From Eledone cirrhosa (lineage: Eukaryota), in NCBI GenBank assembly GCA_964016885.1, contig OZ024751.1, forward strand, positions 35,278,001-35,342,000: 64,000 nt of DNA, written 5' to 3'. The notes under the pieces were generated by a model. It ran no database searches. It was not told where the DNA came from and saw only the letters and a program-made list of their open reading frames with translations. Shown in pieces: positions 1 to 13,787 of the stretch. A program made the translations under genes and the position numbers. Each line of letters starts with the position of its first letter. Position 1 is the stretch's first letter.

Positions 1-483
1 CACTAAAGATGCATGTGTGAATATGTATGTTCTTTCTTGAACATGGCGGACCTTGTTGTCTCTTGAGGTCAGTGGTTGTGACTTGGTGATAACTCGTATG
101 AACATAAAGCAAGATAAATGCAACTGTAATAATAATAATAATAAAACTTTCCAGTTAACTAACATCAATGACTGAGACTCAAAGAACAATAATAATAATA
201 ATAATAATATTAATATTAACAGCCTCATAAAACATCACGTGGTAGGTGACGACGTCATCCTTTTGTTCCAGCTGTAGCTGAGAGAAAACAATTGACAATC
301 GACTATTGTTTCGGAGTGTCATTAGGACTACACTCTATATGTTATAGACTATCACCACCACTCCAGAGGGAGAATTTATATGTGTGGACATATAACTCCT
401 GGTAGAGTCATAGGGGTACCGTGAGGAGGAGCGGCGTGTTGTGGGTATTTTAAACCTGGTGGAGCCCACCATTTCTCTCTCTA

Positions 484-550
<67 letters not shown>

Positions 551-1069
551 TCTCTCATCTCTCTCTCCAGATCTGACCACAGCCAATTTCTTCTGGAGAA
601 GGAGAGGGAGTGAAAGAGAAGGAGTGAGAAGACATATGGAGGAATAATTGACCGCAGTTATGGTCACTTACTTTATTTTATCAACCTTGAAAGGAAGAAA
701 GGCAAAGTTGAAATCGGCGATGTTTGAACCTACATCATAGTCGCAACAATGACCTCAGATAGATAATACTTTCCTTAAGGAACCCACAGCCCACTGTTTA
801 TGTTATGTAATGAATTAATAATCCACTGTTTATGTTATGTAATAAACCAATAATCCACTATATTATGTAATAAACCAATATTCCACTATATTATGTAATA
901 AACCAATATTTCACTATGTTATGTAATAAACGGAATGTTAAGTAACTAACTACGTTGTTATTTATAAAGCTGTTTATACACAAATGGCAAATTAATATAT
1001 GGGTGTATAATGTTATGTAATGTATATATATATATAGTATTGATTAATATAAGGGTGTATAACATTATG

Positions 1070-1117
<48 letters not shown>

Positions 1118-1320
1118 TTGATTAATATATCCGACAAGGTCTCCCGCCAGGTTTTCATTCTATCTCATTCCACATACAAATCTTAGATCCACAACAACGA
1201 TAAATACAAAAAGGTTGAAGATGTTCTAAACACCAGCTTTAATAATTGTTTCTACTTTTGGCACAAGACCAGCAATTATCCCAGTGCATTACTGGTACTT
1301 TATTTTATCGACCCCGTAAT

Positions 1321-1745
1321 GAAAGGGTTAATAACATAGACAGTGTCTCATTAGAAATATGGTAACGAAAGGGTTAATGACATAGACAGTGTCTCATTAG
1401 AAATATGGTAACGAAAGGGTTAATGACATAGACAGTGTCTCATTAGAAATATGGTAACGAAAGGGTTAATGACATAGACAGTGTCTCATTAGAAATATGG
1501 TAACGAAAGGGTTAATGACATAGACAGTGTCTCATTAGAAATATGGTAACGAAAGGGTTAATGACATAGACAGTGTCTCATTAGAAATATGGTAACGAAA
1601 GGGTTAATGACATAGACAGTGTCTCATTAGAAATATGGTAACGAAAGGGTTAATGACATAGACAGTGTCTCATTAGAAATATGGTAACGAAAGGGTTAAT
1701 GACATAGACAGTGTCTCATTAGAAATATGGTAACGAAAGGGTTAA
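1321..1745. repeat. 46-bp tandem repeat, 9 near-identical units plus a partial unit
   Basis: Unit gaaagggttaatgacatagacagtgtctcattagaaatatggtaac recurs at 1321, 1367 ... 1735. Confidence 0.95.
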
Positions 1746-1841
1746 CGAACATTCAACTATTCAAACGAACCATTAACACAACGGCGAAAGTAAAGTAAAA
1801 ATGGACGAAAAAAAAAACAATGGATATGCTAAGGTTGTATT

Positions 1842-1855
1842 GTAACCATGGCAAC
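1842..1855. promoter_or_regulatory. RFX X-box-like palindrome GTAACCATGGCAAC
   Basis: Matches the X-box consensus GTNNCCATRGNAAC; a CACGTG E-box lies about 40 bp away. Motif match only. Confidence 0.3.
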
Positions 1856-2110
1856 CAGCATCCGCTGACTTCGTATTTAACGAAACCCACCCACGTGACC
1901 TGCTCCCTATACATCTGCCAACGTAATTTACCAAGGTTTAACAGTAAATATTTACACTGAGAACAGGAAGAGGTGTGTTGTTGTTGTTGTTGTTGTTGTG
2001 TATCTGTCTGTCTTAAATATTTGGTTTTATTAATTAAATCAGTTAAACTTACAACGAATGTCAATATTGTACAGCAAACATATCTATCTGGTCACTCAAT
2101 AGTCTGACAC

Positions 2111-2148
<38 letters not shown>

Positions 2149-2230
2149 ATAGTGGTGGTGGTGGTGGTGGTGGTGGTGGTGGTGGTGGTAGCAATTGTTA
2201 ACAATCCAAACAATTTTTAGGTTCGATTTG

Positions 2231-2292
<62 letters not shown>

Positions 2293-2342
2293 TTTCAATG
2301 TATTTGCTGTTGTTGATTTTTGTTACTGTTTTCACTATCATC

Positions 2343-2490
2343 GATCCCGCCGAGGTTGACTTTGCCTTTCATCCTTACGGGGTCGATAAAATAAAGTAGC
2401 AGTAATGAACTGGGGTAAATTTAACCGACTTTTCTCTTTTCCCCAAACCGCTGGCCTTGTGACAAAGGTAGAAGTAAATATTATTATTAT
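2343..2490 (+). mobile_element. tRNA-derived SINE fragment (family with core gccgaggtyaactttgcctttcatcctt.cggggtcgataaaataaagtaccagt)
   Basis: Same core and 3' end (gctggccttgtg..aa.gtagaa + (ATT)n) as about 20 other copies in the window. Confidence 0.75.
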
Positions 2491-2491
2491 T

Positions 2492-2765
2492 CCTTATGTC
2501 ACCTAATGTAGAGGAATCTGTCAACTCACAAGAAGGACCTCAATCACAAGAAGGACCTCAAGTCACAAAAAGGACCTCAGACAGGTAATACTTCCCTTAA
2601 AATGTACTCAGTGACTAACACGGCGGGTTTTTTTATGACATCAATCTTGCATAATATTCCCAACCGCTTTAAGGAGTCTTGGAGTATCATTAGGATTGAC
2701 CCTAATGGCCCCCTGATCACAACTGGTACCACTTTGCGCCATATAGTTAGGAATTTTAACGTTCT
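2492..2765 (-). mobile_element. 3' end of an RLE-type (R4/Dong/NeSL-like) non-LTR retrotransposon, degenerate
   Basis: Minus ORF ...KVVPVVIRGPLGSI...LKRLGILCKIDVIKKPAVLVTEYILREVLPV* resembles the C-terminus of the restriction-like endonuclease domain (VVPVVIGALG...LGT..ILR.VL). A short 3' UTR ends at an (ATT)n tract at 2480-2491. Confidence 0.7.
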
Positions 2766-2839
2766 ATATATATATATCAAGTAAGAATATTTTCGAAACA
2801 GCGAGTGGGTTTGAAACGATTATTATCACCCATGTGTGT

Positions 2840-2911
2840 GATGTGTTGGTGTAAATGGTAGTACAGTGGTCTGGATAACCAAAGATGTGGGTTCGACTCC
2901 CATGTACGTCA
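2840..2911 (+). pseudogene. 72-nt tRNA-like cloverleaf with apparent GGA anticodon (tRNA pseudogene or orphan SINE head)
   Basis: Acceptor gatgtgt/gtacgtc (three G-U pairs), D arm gtgt/gtac, anticodon arm gtggt-ctGGAta-accaa, T arm gtggg-TTCGACT-cccat. It lacks the long variable arm expected of tRNA-Ser. Confidence 0.45.
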
Positions 2912-3009
2912 ATACTCATCTTTTTCCATTTCTCCGAGGATTCTTAACCCCACTATCAGGCTAAATAATTTCTTTAATTTCTTTAGTCAAAATACGGCGA
3001 TAGCTTACA

Positions 3010-3086
<77 letters not shown>

Positions 3087-3125
3087 AAAAAATGGGGAGA
3101 AGAATACTGCAGGTTGCACATGGAT

Positions 3126-3166
<41 letters not shown>

Positions 3167-3424
3167 TCGATTCGTTTCAATAATGCAAACAAGCCTCATT
3201 TTATACATATATATATATATATGTGTGTGTTGTGTGTGAGAGAGAGAGAGTGGGTGTGTGTTAGATAATTCCGAAGGAAAAGCAAAGGGAAAAAGAGTGC
3301 TCTATGTACAGAACAGAGCTATTTAATTAGAAAGTGAAGAACACAAAATATAACTACTCCATTACCAAAGGTTTCTGGAACATAAGTACTTGTATATATC
3401 ACTGTTATAACTTTTATATAGATG

Positions 3425-3509
<85 letters not shown>

Positions 3510-4031
3510 ATTGTATGAATCCATCTGATTCTGTGTTTGTTTCTGCATGTCACCGTATCCAAGTTAGTTTATTTGTTCATGAACGGATAAATAAATATTT
3601 TATTACATTTGAGCTGACGACCCACCATAAGCCATTAGATCTTCCACTGTGTACTCAATGATTGCTAGAGCTGTAATCGACTGTTATTGATCTCCATTCT
3701 CTCATATACTATTCTTATATTAATTCTCTTTATCCCCTCTCTTGATTTTTTATAATTTCCCTTTTTTCAAAAACTCTTTTGGGACCTCGAAAAGAAATTA
3801 AAACTTGAAAGAAACAAACAAAATGGTTGTTTTATATTTAAAAAATTTCAATTGAACTTATAAAGAGAAGGTATTACTGTTGTTGTTATTGTTGTTGAGC
3901 CCCAGATCAACCGTGTTCAAATCGTTTCAGCCATGACCATCCAGTCCATATTTGTCAAGCATAGTGTAGATCTATATTTTCTAATATATATATATATAGA
4001 CTACTCAATACTTAGGGTAGTAGAGTGGGTA

Positions 4032-4155
4032 ATAGGAAAATGTTCAAGACCCCGACGGCAGAGCTCAAGCCGTTTCGACTGCTATTTCTGGACGTCCAGA
4101 AATAGCCGTCGAAATGGCTTGAGCTCTGCCGTCGGGGTCTTGAACATTTTCCTAT
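4032..4155. repeat. Long palindrome (62-bp arms, no loop, 2 mismatches) made from the 3' half of a hammerhead-like motif in a Penelope-like terminal fragment
   Basis: ataggaaaatg...ctggac|gtccag...cattttcctat. Each arm reads gtc-GAAA-yggc-ttgagctct-gccg-TC-ggggtc. Confidence 0.85.
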
Positions 4156-4262
4156 ATATATATATATATATAAATGAAGTAATTCCATGGGAAAGGTTCA
4201 GGAAAAAAGAGTGCTCTATGTAGGCTACAGAGCTTATTAGTTATGTAATAAACAACATAAGA

Positions 4263-4323
4263 TTCAGAATTCTGACGACTGAAAACAGATACATCTGCTT
4301 TCAAGAAACCACTGGTAAATGAA
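4263..4323 (+). ncRNA. Type I hammerhead ribozyme motif (family C)
   Basis: att-CTGACGA(4272-4278)-c-tgaaaacagat-ac-atctgctttca-a-GAAA(4305-4308)-ccactgg-TA-aat. Stem II is long; stem I is short and bulged. Confidence 0.6.
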
Positions 4324-4417
4324 ATAATTATCTTATGTTGTATATATATATATATATATATATAAATGGCTTCTACAGGACTAGAAGTGTTTCATTCGGT
4401 GGAAATCATCAAATTCG

Positions 4418-4459
<42 letters not shown>

Positions 4460-4600
4460 CGAAGGAGTTGTGGGAAGTAACCAGGTGGACCATAACGCAC
4501 CAGAGTACTCAATACTTAAGGTAGTAGAGTGGGTAATAGAAGAAAGTAGTCCAGAAATAGCCGTCGAAACGGCTTGAGCTCTGCTGTCGGGGTCATACTT

Positions 4601-4645
<45 letters not shown>

Positions 4646-4721
4646 TTCAAAATATTAATAAATGTAGACATTCTCGTAATCAAAATAATTGATTAATCAA
4701 TGAACCTTGTTTAACTTTTGG

Positions 4722-4803
<82 letters not shown>

Positions 4804-4876
4804 TAACATGAGCTAGGATTTCTACAAGAATATCTCAAGGACGTTGGTCTTGGGGCTAATAGACTTATCAAACACA

Positions 4877-4985
<109 letters not shown>

Positions 4986-5403
4986 CAAGCAATTTTCTAG
5001 ACAGACTAGCAGGGAATTGAGAAAATCTGTTAAAACATTAATTGAGTGCTAGAAATATATATATATATATATGTCGTTCGATCGTACTGGGAAGTTTAAA
5101 ATAACGTTGTCAAGTATTGCTATATGTGGAACTGTCATGGCGATCTGGGAAAGAAGCAAATAACACCAGTGGAAGTATGAACGTAGGAGGAGGAGGGGGT
5201 GCAGGAGGAGATACGTATTAGGGAATTAAAAAATATATGTGTGTGTGTGTGCGTGTGGGTGTGTAATTGCTGGTGTATATAGCTATCTATATATCTATCT
5301 ATATATATATATAAATATATATATTATATTATATTTAGAGTTATAAACTCAAACAGTCCTTTACAATTAATTAGCTCAAAGAAAGAAGCATTTCTGAGCC
5401 GTG

Positions 5404-5577
5404 AAATACAAGTTAATATAAATTAATATATGATAAACACATAAGTGTTTGTATTGTAAAAGACGAAGTTAGCTAGAATAAAATAAACTATTAGTTTATT
5501 TCATTCTAGCTAACTTCGTCTTTTACAATACAAACACTTATGTGTTTATCATATATTAATTTATATTAACTTGTGTT

Positions 5578-5578
<1 letters not shown>
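5404..5578. repeat. Long AT-rich palindrome (87-bp arms, 1-nt loop, 2 mismatches)
   Basis: aaatacaagttaatata...aaacta-t-tagttt...tatattaacttgtgttt, centred on 5491. Confidence 0.9.
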
Positions 5579-5646
<68 letters not shown>

Positions 5647-5773
5647 TGAGCCGTTAGAACGTCGGATAGAATTCTTTGTGGAAGTCGTTCCGGCTCTCTG
5701 AGTTCAAATCCCACCGAGGTCAACTTTGCCTTTCATCCTTTCGTGGTCGATAAAAAAAAGTACAAATCTATTC

Positions 5774-5830
<57 letters not shown>

Positions 5831-5872
5831 ATGATATTAAATAAATGGAAACTATATTTATAAAACCATATT

Positions 5873-5933
5873 TATTCAATTATATATATTTCAAGGGTAC
5901 CAAAACTTTGGTACGCTTTCATCAGATAAAATA
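5873..5933 (-). ncRNA. Type I minimal hammerhead ribozyme motif (family A)
   Basis: Minus strand: tattttat-CTGATGA-aagcgtaccaaagttttggtaccctt-GAAA-tatata-TA-attgaata. Stem I has one mismatch and one G-U pair. Confidence 0.7.
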
Positions 5934-5993
5934 CAAATTTTGTTTTATAAATTTTGACATAACCAAGAAAAGATACCTTAACGGTTCAAGTGT

Positions 5994-6155
<162 letters not shown>

Positions 6156-6734
6156 TATATACATGGAAAAAGATAACCCCGACGACTGAGCTCCGGCCGT
6201 TTCGACAGCTAGATCTAGCTGTCGTGGTCCTGACTCTTTTCCTATTACCCACTCTACTACCCTAAATATTGAGTACTCTGGTGCGTTATGGTCCCTCTGG
6301 TATCTTACCACACCCTCATTGTTGAGAAAGAGGGGGATTGCGAGGGAGGGGATGATTCTCGGGTCCCAAGTAATAGTGGGTGGAATAAGCGGGTGGGGGG
6401 GTCGAATAAGCAGGAGGAAAGGAAAAAGTAATTTTTCTAGGTTGTCTCCGTTTGTCAGAATTAGTCGTTTAGTTTGAGACCCCCAACCAGACACATGAGC
6501 CTCTGACATTTAACCAAAGATATAACTTTACCTAAAAGGATGAATTCCACATGAAATCCACCAAACTCTTGTTCCATTCAAGATAATCCCATTGGTGATA
6601 GCCACGTTATGGATATATTGAGGAATCTGACCCAAGCAAACCCTGGATGTGCTAATGGTTGTACTGTCGATGGTTGTCTTAATGACATACTGAGAAGTAG
6701 AACTCAATGAGTAAATCGCCAAGAGCACTTCGTC

Positions 6735-7249
6735 GTTGAAGGATGAGAATCGCCGCTCAACCACTCACCAACAGCAGTTCATTGTTGATTCAGTTATTGA
6801 AGGATGAGAATCGCCGCTCAACCACTTACCAAGAGCAGTTCATCGTTGATCCAGTTATTGAAGGATGAGAAACGCCGCTCAACCACTTACTAAGAGCAGT
6901 TCATTGTTGATTCAGTTATTGAAGGATGAGAATCGCCGCTCAACCACTTACCAAGAGCAGTTCATTGTTGATTCAGTTATTGAAGGATGAGAAACGCCGC
7001 TCAACCACTTACTAAGAGCAGTTCATTGTCGATCCAGTTATGGAACGATGAGAATCGCTGTTCAACCACTTACCAAGAGCAGTTCATCGTTGATCCAGTT
7101 ATTGAAGGATGAGAATCGCAGCTCAACCACTTACTAAGAGCAGTTCATTGTTGACCCAGTTATGGAACGATGAGAATCGCTGTTCAACCACTTACTAAGA
7201 GCAGTTCATTGTTGACCCAGTTATTGAAGGATGAGAATCGCCGTTCAAC
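6735..7249. repeat. 61-bp minisatellite, about 8.5 units
   Basis: gaaggatgagaatcgccgctcaaccacttaccaagagcagttcattgttgattcagttatt at 6738, 6799, 6860, 6921, 6982 and onward. Confidence 0.95.
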
Positions 7250-7558
7250 TTCCTTCGTCTCTCAACAAGAAGCTCGGTACATAATGGAAATGATTAAGTC
7301 GTTAAAATTCCGGTAAAAACTACGAAATCATTATTGCTACTTCCGTTGCCGGTACCTTATGGTATAGTACAGTTGAAGAATGGCAGCTAGCCATGGTAAT
7401 AAGTGAAGTCTGGCAATTAGCCATTGCTATTATACACACTTGTGTCTCCAATATCGAATTCCAACATTTTGGCAGAATAAAACGTTTTTATTCTCGATAG
7501 CGACTTCTTTTTTACAACAGTTGGTAATATTAATGATAGCTGTTGTTGTTAATACTGT

Positions 7559-7604
<46 letters not shown>

Positions 7605-7877
7605 GTTAATACGTTGGATAGAATGCTTTGCGGTATTCGTTCCGGCTCTCCGCTCACTAAGTTAAATCCTGCCGAGGTCAACTTTGCCTTTTATGTTTTG
7701 AGGTCGATAAAAAAATACCAGTCTGATACTGGAGTCAATCCTTCCTCTAAATCTCTTTACGTTCTGAGTTAACTCTGCCTTTCATCCTTACAGGGTCGAT
7801 AAAATAAAGCACTAGTCATGTACTGGGATCGATTTAATCGACTTTCTCCTCCTCTTCAAATTGCTGGCCATTATTAT

Positions 7878-8013
<136 letters not shown>

Positions 8014-9309
8014 GCTGGTCTTGTGCCACAGCTAGAAAGAATTGTTATACCATGTTCACACTTAGCCGCAGTCATGGTACAAGTGCACAAAGGAAGTGCA
8101 TCTTGTGGTGTAAGCTGCAAAATAACGTGCATTGTCTCCATAAGTGATAAACTTGAACTTCTGTACAAACTGTAAGAAACTTCTGTACAAACTGTGAGAA
8201 AATTTGATGAATTATGTTATGTTGGCGTCTCAGTAATGCATGACATAAACAAAAAGAAAACAATTACCCGAGTGTTTTTACTAACAATGGATCAAAGAGA
8301 AAGATTGTACGTGAGGAAAACAATGAGAAACAGGAAACATTGAGAACAGCACGAAACACTGATAACAGGGTTTAAACTCTGCATAATTAATGACGTTTAA
8401 CTGTTTGGTGAAGGAACAAGCTCAAATATATCATGCTAGAAATAGCAGCCAAAAATATATTATGAAGGACTGGAACTTGATTGAGCGGATGATTACAGCA
8501 AAGGTTGGCTTTATAATTTCTATTTTGCGACATAGCTTAAGGTGTCGTGCAAAGTGTGGTGCTAGGCTCAAGTTGCTAAAAAATAGCAGCCAAATCTAAC
8601 ATTTATCACGAGAAACTAGACCTAGAGTATGATTGGGATTATGGTGAAGGCTGGTTTCATCATTTTATCGTGAGGTTGAGGTGTGTAGCTTAGTTGTTAG
8701 AGTGGCGAGTTGTGTTATTAGCAGGACACTGCTCCGCGTTGTTCCAGTCCAGTCAACTGGAAAACAAAACGAGTTGTAGCTGTAATTCTATGGCACATAG
8801 AATTCATAGAATTCATAAATGATTTACCATAAGTTTGACTTTCCGAGGCACAATCTTGGCCAAGGTGTTTTTTGGAAGAGCAGCAGTCACCCATGTTGGT
8901 CAGCCTACACTCTCCTCTCCACCGATGTTGTCCATGGTAAAGACAAAAACTGATACAGCTAGGCACCAGCTGAATAGACTCAGATAATTTGAAATAAAGT
9001 GTCTTGCTCAAAGATTGTGTGATCCGGAGATTGAACTCACGGTCCTACGGTGGTGGGCCAGTCACTCTAACCATTAAGCCACACCTTCACTTGCAACAAA
9101 GACGAGTGAAGATAATGTGGAAGAATCGAGATGATTCTCTAAGCAATATCTATTAATATCCAGATCTACAGGTGTGTGTGTTTCTCTGTGGTATTTTCTC
9201 CCTGCCAACCTATTGATACATACATACACACATACATACATACACACATACATACATACATACATACATACATACATACATACATACATACATACATACA
9301 TACATGATG

Positions 9310-9645
9310 GCTGCCCCCCTCGTTATCGAGTATGGCCATTGCACGATATACCATTATTAATAATTATTAATTAATGCTATCGTGCAATACCTGTGCGTCA
9401 AGATATTTTTTAAAGTGAGGAAAGACTGTGCACTGAGCCAATCCCACTCTCTGACCGACAGTAGCTATAACCTGAAAAGAAGAAAAGATCAACATCATCG
9501 GTAACTACTGAGCTGCAGGTTTTATATCGGAGTTATCCCAGTTTCCTGAGTTGCCTTCTCCTAGAAGAATGCCCTGACAAAGGCTAGGGTCCTTCACTCC
9601 CAGTGGTTTAACCGCGCGATCGGGTGTCCAGCCTGACTATTTCTA
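9310..9645. mobile_element. About 335-bp dispersed repeat, unclassified non-autonomous element (copy 1)
   Basis: End-to-end highly similar to 42527-42862, with a diverged relative on the opposite strand at about 47700-47860. Internal hairpin attgcacgata...tatcgtgcaat. Confidence 0.75.
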
Positions 9646-10092
9646 GTATTTACATATATACATATTTTAATATGTCGGCCGTCTTTCGTAAGTTCATTAT
9701 TATATTTACGGGGTCGATAAAATAAAGTACCAGTAATGCACTGGGTAATTTGCTGGCCTTGTGCCTAAAGTAGAAACAATTATTATATATAAACGACGCA
9801 GCCTACTAGACTGTCACAACAACCACCACTACTACTACTACTACTGCTGCTGCTGCTACTACTACTAGTAGTACTACTGCTGCTGCTACTACTACTACTA
9901 CAATGTCAAGGCCATCAGAAACCGAACTTTCAATGTCCTGAACACATATTAGGATATCACACATACACATACATACACATATACACATATACATACACAT
10001 ACACACACACATATATACACACATATATACATATACATATACACATATCTATCAATAATTAGTGTAGATAAATATCGAACAATCATTGTCAA

Positions 10093-10124
<32 letters not shown>

Positions 10125-10478
10125 GGTGGTGGTGGTGGTGGTGGTGGTGGTGGTGGTGGTGGTGGTGGTGGTGGTGATAGTAATGATGATGATGATGGTG
10201 ATGGTGATGGTAATGATGATGATAATGATGGTGATGATGACGATGATTATAGTAAACCACCAAAAGCAACGCTGCACATGTCCACGGCTCGCAGCGCTGT
10301 GCTCGATAATACAGAAACAACACAGTTAATAATAACAATAACAATACAAATAATAATAATCCAGAAAATCGATCAATCGAAGAATCACTAAAACAATGGA
10401 AAAAATGAAAAGATAAAATTTATCGGAAAACATTGTATAAGGTTACCTGTTGGGTGTGTGTGGGAGTGTATATTTGTG

Positions 10479-10616
<138 letters not shown>

Positions 10617-10681
10617 TATGTACATACATGTTTATAAATATATATGCATATGTATATATATATATGTTTAGAAATATATGT

Positions 10682-10748
<67 letters not shown>

Positions 10749-11069
10749 TACAAATTTTAGTACAGCATTAACGAAGCTTTAGGCTGCGGCTAAGCTAACG
10801 AATGCAAATTCGGTCTGTAGCTTTAGCACTCGATGGAGAATAATACCCCAGAGTTATAACAATACGTTTAGACAGCTTTGCAAATCAAATATAGCGATCG
10901 GCAGTCCAGCCGCATTGCCATAGCAACGAAAAAGACTGGACTCAGGAAAAGATTTTTGACTGACCTGGACCATCACGCGGAGACCGAATGCAATACATAA
11001 TGCATATCGTATAGCATACGATATACATCACATACAACATACAACATCCACGCTAGGTTTCTGTAAATC

Positions 11070-11139
<70 letters not shown>

Positions 11140-11903
11140 TATAGTTATACAGACACAAATATACATGTGAGTGTGTGTGTGTATGTGCATATATATATAT
11201 AAAGCATATCAAATTTGGATGGTACGGGACCACATGTTCCACAATAGGGCGTCCCTTCACACACAGATTCAATTTTTTCTTACACAAGACATGACATGAG
11301 CACATTTTGCTGTTTGTGATTTCTGTATATTATTATTGTCTTTTCTGTCATGGTTTTCCTTTTCAGTAATGTTCATTATGTTTATGGCTTTTTTTCTGGG
11401 GGGGGTTTCAATTGTTTTTTGTTTGTTTTGTTTAGTTGACTTCTCTGTGGATGTTTTTAGGCTCCAGAATTTTTTTTTATATATATTTATATATATTTAT
11501 ATATATTTATTATGGTTTTTCTTTTCCTTTTTCTTTGATTTTTTTTTAGGTGAGAGGTGAAAGAATGTGGTGGGTGGTGTTGGGAGAGTATTTTGTCTTT
11601 TCTTAAAGTTTGTTTTTGTTGTTGTTGTTTAGTAACATATTGTTTTTGTTGTTGTGGTGGTGGTGGTGGTGGTTCAATGCTCCTCCAGCAGACAAAAACA
11701 AGACTGTTCACTCGGGAACTTACTCCCATATCACAGTTAAAAGAATCCTGCTTTCACAGAAATTTGCAAGAAAACAAAACATGTTTGGAAATACGTACAT
11801 TTTTTTTTTCATATATATATATATGCATATATATATATATATATGTGTTTGTATATATATTTATATTTATATATATATATATATGTGTGTATATATATAT
11901 ATT

Positions 11904-12033
<130 letters not shown>

Positions 12034-12258
12034 TAAGACAAGATATTTTCCTTACGCTGCGGTTGTTGCTGTTGTTTTTGTTATTGTGATAATGGTGGGG
12101 TTTAAGTGCGAAGGGAGATGGATTAGGGGTGGTTGTATTTTTCAGGGAGGTTTTTGTTGGGGGGCGGGGATCGGTGAAAAGGGGTCAAGTTAATTTTCAT
12201 CTGCCAGTTTCTATTTAGTTAATATACAATTTTTCATAATTTCATGTCACAAATGTTG

Positions 12259-12342
<84 letters not shown>

Positions 12343-12603
12343 AGTGTGTGTGTATGTGTGTGTCTGTCTGTATGTATGTATGTATGTATTTATGCATGGA
12401 TGTATGTATATATATATATGCAATCAGTTTACATATGTATATATATACATATATGTGTGGTGTGTGTGTATGTATGTATGTATGTATGTATGTATGTATG
12501 TATGTATGTATATGTAAGTGTGGTGTATATATATATATCTGTGTGTGTGTTGTTTATCTTCAGTTCGTTTAATCAGAGGATATATATATTTTTTTTTTCA
12601 AAA

Positions 12604-12881
12604 GTATATACAATATATACAGTATATATTGTAGTATATACTGTATATACAGTATATACTGTATATACTGTATATACTGTATATACAGTATATACTGTAT
12701 ATACAGTATATACTGTATATACAGTATATACTGTATATACTGTATATACTGTATATACAGTATATACAATATATACTGTATATACAGTATATACAGTATA
12801 TACTGTATTTACTGTATATACTGTATATACAGTATATACAGTATATACAGTATATACTGTATATACTGTATATACTGTATA
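12604..12881. repeat. 9-bp tandem repeat (tatatacWg)n
   Basis: About 30 units mixing tatatacag and tatatactg. Confidence 0.9.
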
Positions 12882-13104
12882 TTTGGAAACAAAACATTAT
12901 TCTTACTACATTTGTCTTTCAGAAAGTTTCCTCGCCGCCTTGGTGGCAAGTATAGGTTGAAATTTAAGGAGACTCACACAGAACACATACACCATAGCAC
13001 ATACACACATAATACACACACAGAACACATACACACACTCCCCCCGCCACACATATATATATATAAAGACATACACGATCACATATATGTGAGCGTGTAT
13101 ATGT

Positions 13105-13157
<53 letters not shown>

Positions 13158-13340
13158 CCCTATTATAACTATATATACATCTATACATACATGTATATAT
13201 ATATGTATGTATACATGTATATATACATGTATGTGAATATATGCTACATTCTGAGATTTGTATTGGCCTGAAAATACTTTCTATTGTACGCAATTATATA
13301 TACTCGCCTGTAGTTGTATATGAATGTTTACATATGTTAT

Positions 13341-13431
<91 letters not shown>

Positions 13432-13568
13432 ACATACAACCATACATTCATAAATGCATACATGTGTGTGCGTGTGTGACGTATATACATATATACATAC
13501 ATGAATGCATACATGCATTCATGTATGTATACATGCATGCATGAATACACACATACATGTATACATAC

Positions 13569-13619
<51 letters not shown>

Positions 13620-13743
13620 CACACGCACATATATATACATACGTACATACACACAAACATACATACGCACACAGCGACATATATACATATATATATATAT
13701 ATATATACATATATACATACGCGCACACGCACGCACGCACGCG

Positions 13744-13787
<44 letters not shown>

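Noticed and set aside
40-260. YY1-like aacatggcgg, CACGTG and CRE-like gacgtcat as a promoter; ATGs in good context on both strands
   Set aside because: Both ATG frames stop within 14 codons, and short motifs alone do not establish a promoter.
6308-6764. Possible GIY-YIG remnant (PPTITW...) and a donor-like site at about 6531
   Set aside because: Too degenerate to assign by eye, and no matching acceptor or recognisable frame.
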